Shown here in pieces: positions 1-6,944 of a stretch of DNA of 36,139 nucleotides. Numbering within the stretch: the first letter of the stretch is position 1; the number at the start of each line of letters is the position of its first letter. The DNA is from a virus (lineage: Duplodnaviria > Caudoviricetes). The translations under genes and the position numbers were made by a program. A model generated the notes under the pieces. The model saw only the letters and a program-made list of their open reading frames with translations. It had not been told where the DNA came from and ran no database searches. The stretch spans positions 1 to 36,139 of the IMG/VR virus record IMGVR_UViG_3300033145_000684; one strand, 5' to 3'.

Positions 1-52
1 AAGCAATGTCTATGCCAAAGCATAAAAATAAATCAAATAAGTAGATAAACGC

Positions 53-81
53 TTGACATAACAGGATATAAAAAATATAAT
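53..81 (+). promoter_or_regulatory. Consensus sigma70-type promoter
   Basis: TTGACA (53-58), 17-bp spacer, TATAAT (76-81), with AT-rich upstream sequence. Confidence 0.75.
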
Positions 82-191
82 CAAAATGTAAACTATCTAA
101 AATATGTATCAAAAACGTGGTGTCTCAAAAATTCTCAACAACGGGTAGCACACGGATACAACAACCGATAAAACATTGAAATCATTACAAC

Positions 192-223
192 TGCACAATA
201 TGTTAAAAATAAAATATTGTGCA
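192..223. repeat. Perfect 10-bp inverted repeat, candidate protein-binding site
   Basis: TGCACAATAT (192-201), 12-bp spacer, ATATTGTGCA (214-223). A further partial half-site TATTGTGC lies at 312-319. Confidence 0.65.
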
Positions 224-301
224 AGTCATTAAAATAACTACAAGTAAGACATAAACGTATCATCAATCAATCCGATACACAAACGTACCACAAAATAATT
301 C

Positions 302-331
302 TTGACAGCCCTATTGTGCCCATGGTATGTA
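302..331 (+). promoter_or_regulatory. Possible sigma70-type promoter upstream of terS
   Basis: TTGACA at 302-307 and TGgTATGTA at 323-331 (imperfect -10, 18-bp spacer). Confidence 0.3.
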
Positions 332-554
332 GTGGATACAAGATATCGGATCAGTTAATATTTAACCATTTAACGCCCGGTGTGACAATGACCCAACAAC
401 CAACCAAAGAGAAACCACAAGCATTGCAGGACCGGGCTAATTCTGCCCCGAATCGGATGCCTTTGACTATGACTATAAATACAGTGATGGCGATATTATC
501 TTCGGGATGCGCCGTAAAATATATAGTAACAATTACTAATAACACTATATCACT

Positions 555-1010
555 ATGAGCGATACAGCCATAACACCACAAAAAACACTCCAATTAACAC
601 CACTACAGCAAAACCTCATCCAATACTTGTTTACGGAAAAGGATATTAAAACCGCAGCCAAAAAAGCAGGGTACTCAGAATCGTCAAGCCTATCTACCGT
701 ATATTCACTACTTCGCAAGCCTCATATCCATGACAAGATACTTGAGCACTACAAGGCAATCAACGCCTCAAATATACCTAAACTCGCACAGATCGAGAGT
801 AAAATATTCAAAAAAGTACTCGCAAATCCTGGAAAATACAAGGAATTTAAAGATGTCTTCAAGCAGGCCAAACAGCACGCTGGGTTGCTATCAGATGACA
901 CAGCACCACGTCCAGCCACCGTAAATATAGCTCATATTGAGAAGGTGCAGGTGGCCATAGGTGATATGCTGTCCAAGAGACTGCAAGGCACTGATAATGA
1001 ACATGATTAA
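555..1010 (+). CDS. terS: Terminase small subunit
   Basis: N-terminal LTPLQQNLIQY..KTAAKKAGYS...LLRKPHI matches the Terminase_2-type HTH pattern (LTxKQ..AAxxAGYS..LLxxPxI). Lies upstream of terL. Confidence 0.8.
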   Translation: MSDTAITPQKTLQLTPLQQNLIQYLFTEKDIKTAAKKAGYSESSSLSTVYSLLRKPHIHDKILEHYKAINASNIPKLAQIESKIFKKVLANPGKYKEFKDVFKQAKQHAGLLSDDTAPRPATVNIAHIEKVQVAIGDMLSKRLQGTDNEHD

Positions 1011-1362
1011 GAGAGTTAGCACTAAGGGTAAAATACATAAGCATGCATTTACAAGCTATCCGAGAGGTTATAACGTGGTGTATCGTGCATACTTACAGGG
1101 GGGCTATCCGTAAAGGCCTTGACTTCAATGTAAGTGTCTATGATATGTACGTATTAATGCGTAAGCCATGCCATTACTGTGGTAGTGTGCCTTGCAATCA
1201 GACTCAGGACTTCATGTATAATGGGGTAGATAGGTAGTGCAAGGCAAGGGCTATGTAATTGACAACCTTGTACCTTGTCGTTTGTGTAATAGCATGAAGA
1301 GTAAGCTCAGTACTAAGGAGTTTATCAACCATATCAAGAGGATATACGATTATAATAAATAA
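997..1362 (+). pseudogene. HNH endonuclease interrupted by two compensating single-base indels
   Basis: ATG at 997 reads ..YNVVYRAYLQG. A frame change in the G6 run (1098-1103) gives AIRKGLDF..PCHYCG..NGVDR. A second change near 1234 gives VVQGKGYVIDNLVPCRLCNSMK..TAA 1360-1362. The joined product has the CxxC..NGxDR..KGY..N..CxxCN HNH pattern. Confidence 0.75.
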
Positions 1363-1378
1363 CAATCCTTTAATATAT

Positions 1379-1412
1379 GGAGGCCGGGGGGTGGTAAGGG
1401 GGGGTACCCTTA
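1379..1412. other. G-run/palindromic element, candidate packaging-related site
   Basis: G6 (1386-1391), G7 (1398-1404), palindrome GGGTACCC (1402-1409) and TAAGGG/CCCTTA dyad inside an otherwise AT-rich spacer after terS-HNH. Confidence 0.35.
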
Positions 1413-1432
1413 TATGTATTTATATACTGACT

Positions 1433-1510
1433 TACACATTACAGAGCATTTACCATTTGACATAACCTACACAATGTATTACTATTATGTAAAGTACACA
1501 ACCTACACAA
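1433..1510 (+). repeat. TACACAA direct repeats, putative operator
   Basis: AACCTACACAA at 1464-1474 and 1500-1510, TACACAA at 1495-1501 and TACACAT at 1433-1439. They overlap the promoter spacer and the region up to the RBS. Confidence 0.55.
1457..1485 (+). promoter_or_regulatory. Sigma70-type promoter for the RHH-kdsA operon
   Basis: TTGACA (1457-1462), 17-bp spacer, TACTAT (1480-1485). Shares TTGACATAAC with the promoter at 53. Confidence 0.7.
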
Positions 1511-1522
1511 AGGAAGTATATT

Positions 1523-1834
1523 ATGAAGAAGCGATTTACGGTATATATTGAGGAGTCAGATTGGAAGAATATTCAAGATTCTGCTTACTGGAAGAAATTA
1601 TCGATAGGGGAGTATTTAAATCGGCTTTACAAGAACGAGCTAATGAAAGGTGTCAAAAAAGCGCAACCAGAGAAGTTTGAATCTCACAAGCCTTATTTGA
1701 GTGAGTCAGCTAAGTCAATGAATGAATCATTAACATCCGGGCCCAAGAAGGTCATTAAGACTATCGAGGATGTTCCGAAGTGGGTTGGTGGTTATTCCAA
1801 GGACATGCAGGTAGGCAAGAAGGGGGGGAAATAA
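1523..1834 (+). CDS. Ribbon-helix-helix (CopG/Arc-like) DNA-binding protein
   Basis: N-terminal KRFTVYI strand, helix EESDWKNIQDSAYWKK, then LSIGEYLNRL helix. AAGGA RBS. Confidence 0.6.
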   Translation: MKKRFTVYIEESDWKNIQDSAYWKKLSIGEYLNRLYKNELMKGVKKAQPEKFESHKPYLSESAKSMNESLTSGPKKVIKTIEDVPKWVGGYSKDMQVGKKGGK

Positions 1835-2022
1835 TGGAAAAGCGTTTTTGTAAGCAGTGCACTTATTCTAAGGGAATTTTCAAGAAGGTTTGCAATCATC
1901 CGAGAAATACGATTCTTCATGGGACATGGTATAGGCTTGATAGGGTTGAATATTTAAAAGAACCATCTGAGATTAACAAGGATAATAAATGCGCTAAATT
2001 TATGTATCCTTATCCTGATTGA
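1834..2022 (+). CDS. Small Cys-rich hypothetical protein (62 aa)
   Basis: TAATG-coupled start at 1834. CxxC..C..C motif (CKQC..CNHP..C). Confidence 0.6.
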   Translation: MEKRFCKQCTYSKGIFKKVCNHPRNTILHGTWYRLDRVEYLKEPSEINKDNKCAKFMYPYPD

Positions 2023-2028
2023 GGGGAA

Positions 2029-2763
2029 ATGAGATATATATTAGGCCCGTGTGTAATTGACGATTATGTGTTTGAGATAGCCGAGGAGCTAAAGTCTATT
2101 TGTTCCGGGTTAGATTGGGTATTTAAGGCTTCGTACGATAAGGCTAACCGGTCTGAATTAGAGTCTTATCGTGGTCCTGGTCTTGAGGAGGGGTTAAGGG
2201 TACTATCTGACATTAAGGACATGGGTTTAAGGGTAACTTCGGATGTTCATACTGTAGAGCAGGTTGAGAAGGTTAAAGACGTTTTGGACATTATTCAGGT
2301 GCCTGCGTTTTTATGTCGTCAGACCGATCTTTTATTAGCTGCCGGGGGTAGTGGTCTTGAGGTGAACTTAAAAAAAGGTCAATTTATGAGTCCGTGGCAG
2401 ATGGGCGGGTCTGTGGGGAAGGTTCGGCACGGTCAGAACATGGCGGGTCATCCTAAAGGGGTTACGATAATTGAGAGGGGTACTTGTTTCGGGTACAATA
2501 ATCTTGTTGTGGATTTTAGGGGTGTGTCTCAGATGAGACAGTTTTGGCCTGTTATATTTGATGCTACACATAGTGTTCAGTTGCCCGGTGTTGGGGGAGA
2601 GGTCGAGTATGTTCCGGTCTTGGCGAGGGCGGCTGTAGCGGTTGGGGTGGACGGTATTTTCATGGAGGTTCATTCTGATCCGGAGAAGGCTAAGTGTGAC
2701 GGTGCTAATTCTGTAAAATTGAGTGATTTACCCGGAATATTAGAAGAATTGGAGGGGATGTGA
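2029..2763 (+). CDS. kdsA: 3-deoxy-D-manno-octulosonate 8-phosphate (KDO8P) synthase, metal-dependent type
   Basis: Motifs GPCVI, FKASYDKANRS, RGPGLEEG, PAFLCRQTDL, KKGQF, ERG..FGYNNLVVD, DATHSVQ, FMEVH..P..AKCDG. KANRS and PAFL separate KdsA from DAHP synthase. Confidence 0.93.
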   Translation: MRYILGPCVIDDYVFEIAEELKSICSGLDWVFKASYDKANRSELESYRGPGLEEGLRVLSDIKDMGLRVTSDVHTVEQVEKVKDVLDIIQVPAFLCRQTDLLLAAGGSGLEVNLKKGQFMSPWQMGGSVGKVRHGQNMAGHPKGVTIIERGTCFGYNNLVVDFRGVSQMRQFWPVIFDATHSVQLPGVGGEVEYVPVLARAAVAVGVDGIFMEVHSDPEKAKCDGANSVKLSDLPGILEELEGM

Positions 2764-3017
2764 TGGGTGAAATATTAGAGGTACTTTTCCCAACTAACAC
2801 GGAAAAGATTGACAAAGACGAAAAACTTTGCAGTTTGATCAGGGCAAGAATCGCGGAGCGCAATGTTCCTAAAAAGATATTAGCCCGTAAGTGCGATATT
2901 GACAATTCGCTATTCTCGAAAATGCTTCATGGGGACAGGGTTTTTACCCCGGCGATCATAGTGAAGTTGACAGAAGAACTTGAACTGGGGCAACATATTC
3001 AGCGTTTGGGATTATAA
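2763..3017 (+). CDS. XRE/Cro-family helix-turn-helix regulator
   Basis: LIRARIAERNVPKKILARKCDIDNSLFSKMLHGDR..IVKLTEELEL HTH pattern. GGAGGGG RBS at 2751-2757. Confidence 0.75.
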   Translation: MGEILEVLFPTNTEKIDKDEKLCSLIRARIAERNVPKKILARKCDIDNSLFSKMLHGDRVFTPAIIVKLTEELELGQHIQRLGL

Positions 3018-3059
3018 TATAGCAGCATAACCACAATCTAAACGAATTGGAGGGGATAA

Positions 3060-3257
3060 ATGGAAGTACAACGAAAATGTATAGTGGATGACCCAGAAAA
3101 CGAGGGGAAATATATTGCTGTTTATATATGCCCAAAAGAGGGGTGTGAAAATCTTTTAATTTCAGAGGATAAGATAAAAGCAATGAAAAAAGAAATTAAA
3201 GATGGTCGAGTCATTGCAATGAAGTGTAAAAAATGTTCAGAAATAATTGAATTTTAG
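3060..3257 (+). CDS. Small zinc-ribbon-like hypothetical protein
   Basis: CPKEGC..CKKC motifs and a strong RBS. Confidence 0.6.
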   Translation: MEVQRKCIVDDPENEGKYIAVYICPKEGCENLLISEDKIKAMKKEIKDGRVIAMKCKKCSEIIEF

Positions 3258-3288
3258 GGGCTATTTTAGAGGAATTGGAGGGGATGTA

Positions 3289-3966
3289 GTGGGTTTTTCT
3301 AAGGAATGTAGAAATTGTGGGAAGATTAGTTGGTGGTATAAATTTCATTTTCAAAAAACAGGAAAATTTGGTTTAAATGCGAATTGTATTATTTGCAAAA
3401 GAATACTGAATAATAAATGGGCAGACAAAAATAGAGAAAAACTTAGAAGTTATAGTAGAAAACGTTATTCAAAGAATTTAGAAGAATCAAGAAAAAAAGT
3501 AAGGGAATATCGTAAAAAAAACATAGAGCATTTTAGGAAAATGAGTAGAGAATATAGAAGAAAAAATAATGAACATTGCAAGATGATTGACAAAAAATGG
3601 CGTGAAAAAAATAAAGATAAGCGCGCAGAATCGTCACGCAAATATTCTCAAAACAACAAACACAAGGCACTTATATATGAAAGAAAGAATAGGAAACGTA
3701 TGTATGGGCGGAAAAAAGAGTGGGCTAATAATAATCCTGATCGTATGAAGGTTTACCAAAAAAGACGACATATGAAAGCTGTTGGGGGGTTGTCTGATTC
3801 ATATATAAAAATGATGTTGTCTAAGCAAACTGGCATACAGTATCGTGATATACCGCAAGGAATAATAGAATTAAAACGGTTACAATTAAAAATGTTCAGG
3901 GGAATTAGAAAAGCAAAGGGGGAATTAGAAAATGGATTTAATACAAATGAGTGTAGAGTTGATTAA
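3289..3966 (+). CDS. Basic zinc-finger/helical-repeat protein, probably nucleic-acid binding; no nuclease domain evident
   Basis: CRNC..CIIC followed by K/R-rich W/Y-x-x-K-N repeats. GTG at 3289 follows GGAGGGG, whereas the track start at 3247 lacks an RBS. Confidence 0.55.
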   Translation: MGFSKECRNCGKISWWYKFHFQKTGKFGLNANCIICKRILNNKWADKNREKLRSYSRKRYSKNLEESRKKVREYRKKNIEHFRKMSREYRRKNNEHCKMIDKKWREKNKDKRAESSRKYSQNNKHKALIYERKNRKRMYGRKKEWANNNPDRMKVYQKRRHMKAVGGLSDSYIKMMLSKQTGIQYRDIPQGIIELKRLQLKMFRGIRKAKGELENGFNTNECRVD

Positions 3967-4297
3967 CGATGTTCAGGGGTTAAGGAGAGATTTCAGGAGT
4001 GGTAAGATTGCATTGGACACATATTGCAAAGAACTTGACGGAATATGTCAGATTGAGAAACTTGCCAATGTAATTATTAAAACTCGGATAACCGAGGAAA
4101 GGTTTAAAAAACCACTTATTGTTGATTATAAACAATTGCCGGAACCAGAGGTTGAAATGGTTAAATGTTTAGGATGCAACAAGCAGATTGAGCGTAATTT
4201 ATGTTTGGACTATTCTGGTAGTCAGAAGTTTGAAGAATGTGATGGTTGTGAAATTGGCAAACAAACAAAAAATCTTTTATTGAAGGAGATCGTTTAG
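3932..4297 (+). CDS. Hypothetical protein with C-terminal Cys cluster
   Basis: 121-aa ORF overlapping the upstream gene; CLGC..C..CDGC. Confidence 0.6.
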   Translation: MDLIQMSVELINDVQGLRRDFRSGKIALDTYCKELDGICQIEKLANVIIKTRITEERFKKPLIVDYKQLPEPEVEMVKCLGCNKQIERNLCLDYSGSQKFEECDGCEIGKQTKNLLLKEIV

Positions 4298-4299
4298 CA

Positions 4300-4314
4300 A
4301 GATTGTAACAATCT
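4300..4314. promoter_or_regulatory. Perfect dyad, candidate operator
   Basis: AGATTGT-A-ACAATCT immediately upstream of the terL leader. Confidence 0.4.
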
Positions 4315-4316
4315 AA

Positions 4317-4388
4317 CGGCCTGATCAGCCGGAACAAGCAATATGAAGCCATGCGGGGCCGCATATACCCGTGTGGCTTTTTTATTGC
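4317..4388 (+). promoter_or_regulatory. Structured leader/attenuator upstream of terL (small hairpin plus intrinsic-terminator-like hairpin)
   Basis: CGGC-CTGATCA-GCCG hairpin, then a 12-bp stem AAGCCATGCGGG (4346-4357)/CCCGTGTGGCTT (4368-4379) with two G-U pairs and a T-tract to 4383. Outer GCAATA/TATTGC pairing. Confidence 0.65.
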
Positions 4389-4399
4389 GGGAGGCATAC

Positions 4400-5938
4400 A
4401 TGATAGACGGTGACATGCCAGCAGGATGGTTAAGCGTATTAACCTGGCCTTATTTTTATTATCGCCAGCAGCAGCAGTATATGTTGGGGGATGCATGGCA
4501 GGTGTGGATAATCGCCGGCAATGGAACGGGAAAGTCTTTACTTGTCTATAACACTCTTGCATTGCAGATGTTGGGGCTTCATCCCAAACAGATAGGTAGA
4601 CCCCCTATTAAGATCAAGGTTTTAGTACCGTCATTTGATTATGTTGAGGATGTGGCTCTCGAAAAGCTGTTAAGTGCTCAAACCGTAATATTTACTAAAC
4701 TTGACGATACTCAGAAAGCATGGGTTGAGTTGTTAGATAAGAACGGTCTTATAGATCAGTTTACGGAGCCTTCAAACGGTAATGTCGGGTCGATTGAAAT
4801 CCCGCCTATGTTACCGCCTGATGAGATAAAGAAGGGGTACTCAAGGGAACACAAGGCCGTAGCTCTAAAGAATAAGTCCGCAATCTGGTTTGTCACATCT
4901 GAACAAGGCTGGCAGGCTCAAAGAGGCGGGGAGCACGATATATTAGCCTGTGACGAGGAAGGTGACGAAAGGGTATGGGACGAATTAAAGAGAGGACTGA
5001 GAAATGCTAAAGGCGGTGGGAGAATATACGCCGGTCTTACTCCCCCGTATCAGGAAGGTCAGGGTCCGACCTGGACGAAAGAGAAAATCCTTGATGCTTC
5101 TGTTTATGACGAAAATATAACGGTCATAAACGCTTGCATGAACGATAATCCGGCAATCACGGAGAAGTTTATTGAGGAATTTTCAAAGGGTAAGACCCAG
5201 AAACAAATAGATGTTCAGATTTACGGCAGATACCCGACCTGGGGAGACCTTGTTCATCCCGACTTTGAGGATTTTGAGTGGAATCCTGCCAAGGTTACGG
5301 GTCATTTGCTTAGAAACGACACTCCCATGCCGGATAATCATGCAGTTGATTGGGTAATGGCGTTTGACTGGCATCCGAGCAAGCCGTGTGCCGCGGTATT
5401 TGGCTGGATTGATAGGGGGGGAAACTTAACATTTTACGATGAGTTAGACAAGGAATTAGGGGAGGGTAAAGAAATTGGAGAACTCGCAGACATTTTCAAC
5501 GCTATTGAAGGATTGCCTCATAGTAAAAGAAAGTTTAGGCGCTGGCAAGACCCCTCAGCTAAATCGCAATACAATGCGGTACAGAGAGGATTCAACGCTT
5601 GGAACGCTTTTCGGCAACACGGAATTGTTACTTCCGCAGGAAAGAACAGAGATCCTTCAGTTGGTATCTCAATTGTCAACGAGTATTTTAAAGGTAATGG
5701 CAAGGATCATCCAAGAATATTCATCTATGAACGATGCAGATACCTCAGACAGTACTTAAACAACCATTACTGGAAGAGGGGTGAGGACGGTGTAGGGAAG
5801 CCTGACCCGAAATGGTCGGACTATCCGATTACGGTCAGATACATCGCACAAGAAGTAGGTAGAAGGTCTCACAGGCATGGCAGGTGGCCCTTACAGTCGT
5901 TTAAGAAACAAAGACAAGTTTATCATTTGGAGGGATAA
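4400..5938 (+). CDS. terL: Terminase large subunit
   Basis: Walker A IAGNGTGKS, Walker B ILACDEE, coupling motif GLTP, RNase H-like nuclease AFDWH..QDPSA. ATG 4400 follows GGAGG. Confidence 0.92.
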   Translation: MIDGDMPAGWLSVLTWPYFYYRQQQQYMLGDAWQVWIIAGNGTGKSLLVYNTLALQMLGLHPKQIGRPPIKIKVLVPSFDYVEDVALEKLLSAQTVIFTKLDDTQKAWVELLDKNGLIDQFTEPSNGNVGSIEIPPMLPPDEIKKGYSREHKAVALKNKSAIWFVTSEQGWQAQRGGEHDILACDEEGDERVWDELKRGLRNAKGGGRIYAGLTPPYQEGQGPTWTKEKILDASVYDENITVINACMNDNPAITEKFIEEFSKGKTQKQIDVQIYGRYPTWGDLVHPDFEDFEWNPAKVTGHLLRNDTPMPDNHAVDWVMAFDWHPSKPCAAVFGWIDRGGNLTFYDELDKELGEGKEIGELADIFNAIEGLPHSKRKFRRWQDPSAKSQYNAVQRGFNAWNAFRQHGIVTSAGKNRDPSVGISIVNEYFKGNGKDHPRIFIYERCRYLRQYLNNHYWKRGEDGVGKPDPKWSDYPITVRYIAQEVGRRSHRHGRWPLQSFKKQRQVYHLEG

Positions 5939-6243
5939 TGTTTGTATATTCCGAGAGAGAAGCCCAGGACTATGAGAAAATTACGGTATCCACAGACGCA
6001 ATAGGCATAACGGTAAGCAAGTTGAGAAATTCCATGTACGGGCCGTGCACCGGAGCGTTTATCACGGTTGAGGATGCTAATGTAAGGTTCAGGTTGGACG
6101 GAACCGATCCCACGACTACTGAGGGTCATATGCTGACAAACGGGCAAAACCTGACTTTGGGTAGTGAATCGGATGTTGGAAAGTTTCGTGCAATCAGGGA
6201 TGATGCTGTGGACGCAGTTTTAAGGGTATCGTTGAGGTACTAA
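5938..6243 (+). CDS. Small beta-rich phage protein, possibly a virion component
   Basis: TAATG-coupled to terL; ITVEDANVRFRLDGTDPTTTEG. Confidence 0.55.
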   Translation: MFVYSEREAQDYEKITVSTDAIGITVSKLRNSMYGPCTGAFITVEDANVRFRLDGTDPTTTEGHMLTNGQNLTLGSESDVGKFRAIRDDAVDAVLRVSLRY

Positions 6244-6632
6244 TGGGCGTAAATGTTCGATGTGAGGTTTGCGGCACATTCATCAGAAGGGTTGAAACCA
6301 AGGATATTGGTTCTATTCAGACCGATGAGATTTGCGATGAGTGTGACAAGAAAATAAAAGCGATTTATATGGACTTTGAGGAAACTGTTGCGAAGTTTAA
6401 GATCGCTTTAAACACTCTAAACACTTTGTCGGAGAAGGAATTTAAAACCATAAACAGTTCTGCGGAGAAACTATACAAAGATTTTATTACAGAATTTGGC
6501 AGGTCTAATCTTAACCTAAAAAGAACCCATGAGAAATATACAAACGATATTCAGGGTTTATTTAATACCACAAACGCAGAAATTGGGGATAAAATAAGAA
6601 AAATGGGTAGGTTTTTTAAAAGGGAGAATTAA
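6243..6632 (+). CDS. Zinc-finger plus coiled-coil hypothetical protein
   Basis: CEVC..CDEC followed by a helical region; TAATG coupling. Confidence 0.6.
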   Translation: MGVNVRCEVCGTFIRRVETKDIGSIQTDEICDECDKKIKAIYMDFEETVAKFKIALNTLNTLSEKEFKTINSSAEKLYKDFITEFGRSNLNLKRTHEKYTNDIQGLFNTTNAEIGDKIRKMGRFFKREN

Positions 6633-6944
6633 ATGACAATTATATCAACAAGCAATCCTATTCATGCGGATGCCGCAGGTACGTTGTGGGATGACAGTAC
6701 AGGAGTGGGAAAATCCCTGCGTCTTGTTCAATGGATAGATGACAACGGTGATATTGTGCATGACAGTACCTTAGTTCTAACGATTAACGGAATTACTTTA
6801 ACCGCAAAAATTCAGCCGTTGAACGATAATCTGCATTTTGGTGCGGTTGCGTGGCAGATTGGGCCGTTCAATCCTGGAATATCTGTCACTTCGTTTGTTA
6901 TAACCACGATGGCAACAGGCCATCTGCATGTATGGGTAACATAA
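6633..6944 (+). CDS. Small beta-rich hypothetical protein, possibly structural
   Basis: 103-aa Thr/Val/Gly-rich ORF with GGGAG RBS. Confidence 0.55.
   Translation: MTIISTSNPIHADAAGTLWDDSTGVGKSLRLVQWIDDNGDIVHDSTLVLTINGITLTAKIQPLNDNLHFGAVAWQIGPFNPGISVTSFVITTMATGHLHVWVT

Larger units (their letters stand above)
2728..3294 (+). repeat. Degenerate direct repeat of the kdsA 3' end/RBS (2728-2768 and 3254-3294), with a third core copy at 3044-3057
   Basis: GAATTGGAGGGGAT occurs exactly at 2746-2759, 3044-3057 and 3272-3285. The first and third copies both encode L-x-x-ILEELEGM-stop followed by TGGGT. Confidence 0.8.

Noticed and set aside
316-558. 80-aa ORF upstream of terS, and its antisense partner 351..593
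   Set aside because: No RBS or recognisable motif, and it starts inside a promoter-like sequence; probably non-coding.
1235-1237. TAG inside the HNH gene as evidence of stop-codon recoding
   Set aside because: The HNH continuation is in a different frame, and TAG terminates several clear genes (4297, 13788, 15049), so the standard code fits.
2029-2763. DAHP synthase or NeuB-type sialic acid synthase
   Set aside because: KANRS, PAFLCRQT and FGYNNLVVD are KdsA signatures; no KPRT/S motif or NeuB features.
2746-3285. CRISPR-like array from the three GAATTGGAGGGGAT repeats
   Set aside because: Repeats are 14 bp, spaced by whole genes of unequal length, and coincide with ribosome-binding sites; no cas genes.
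4343-4399. ORF-track start for terL
   Set aside because: It lies within the hairpin leader without an RBS; ATG 4400 follows GGAGG.
6851-6943. ORF-track N-terminal extension of the C-methyltransferase
   Set aside because: It overlaps the upstream gene; the family starts at the CxxC motif with the TAATG-coupled ATG 6944.
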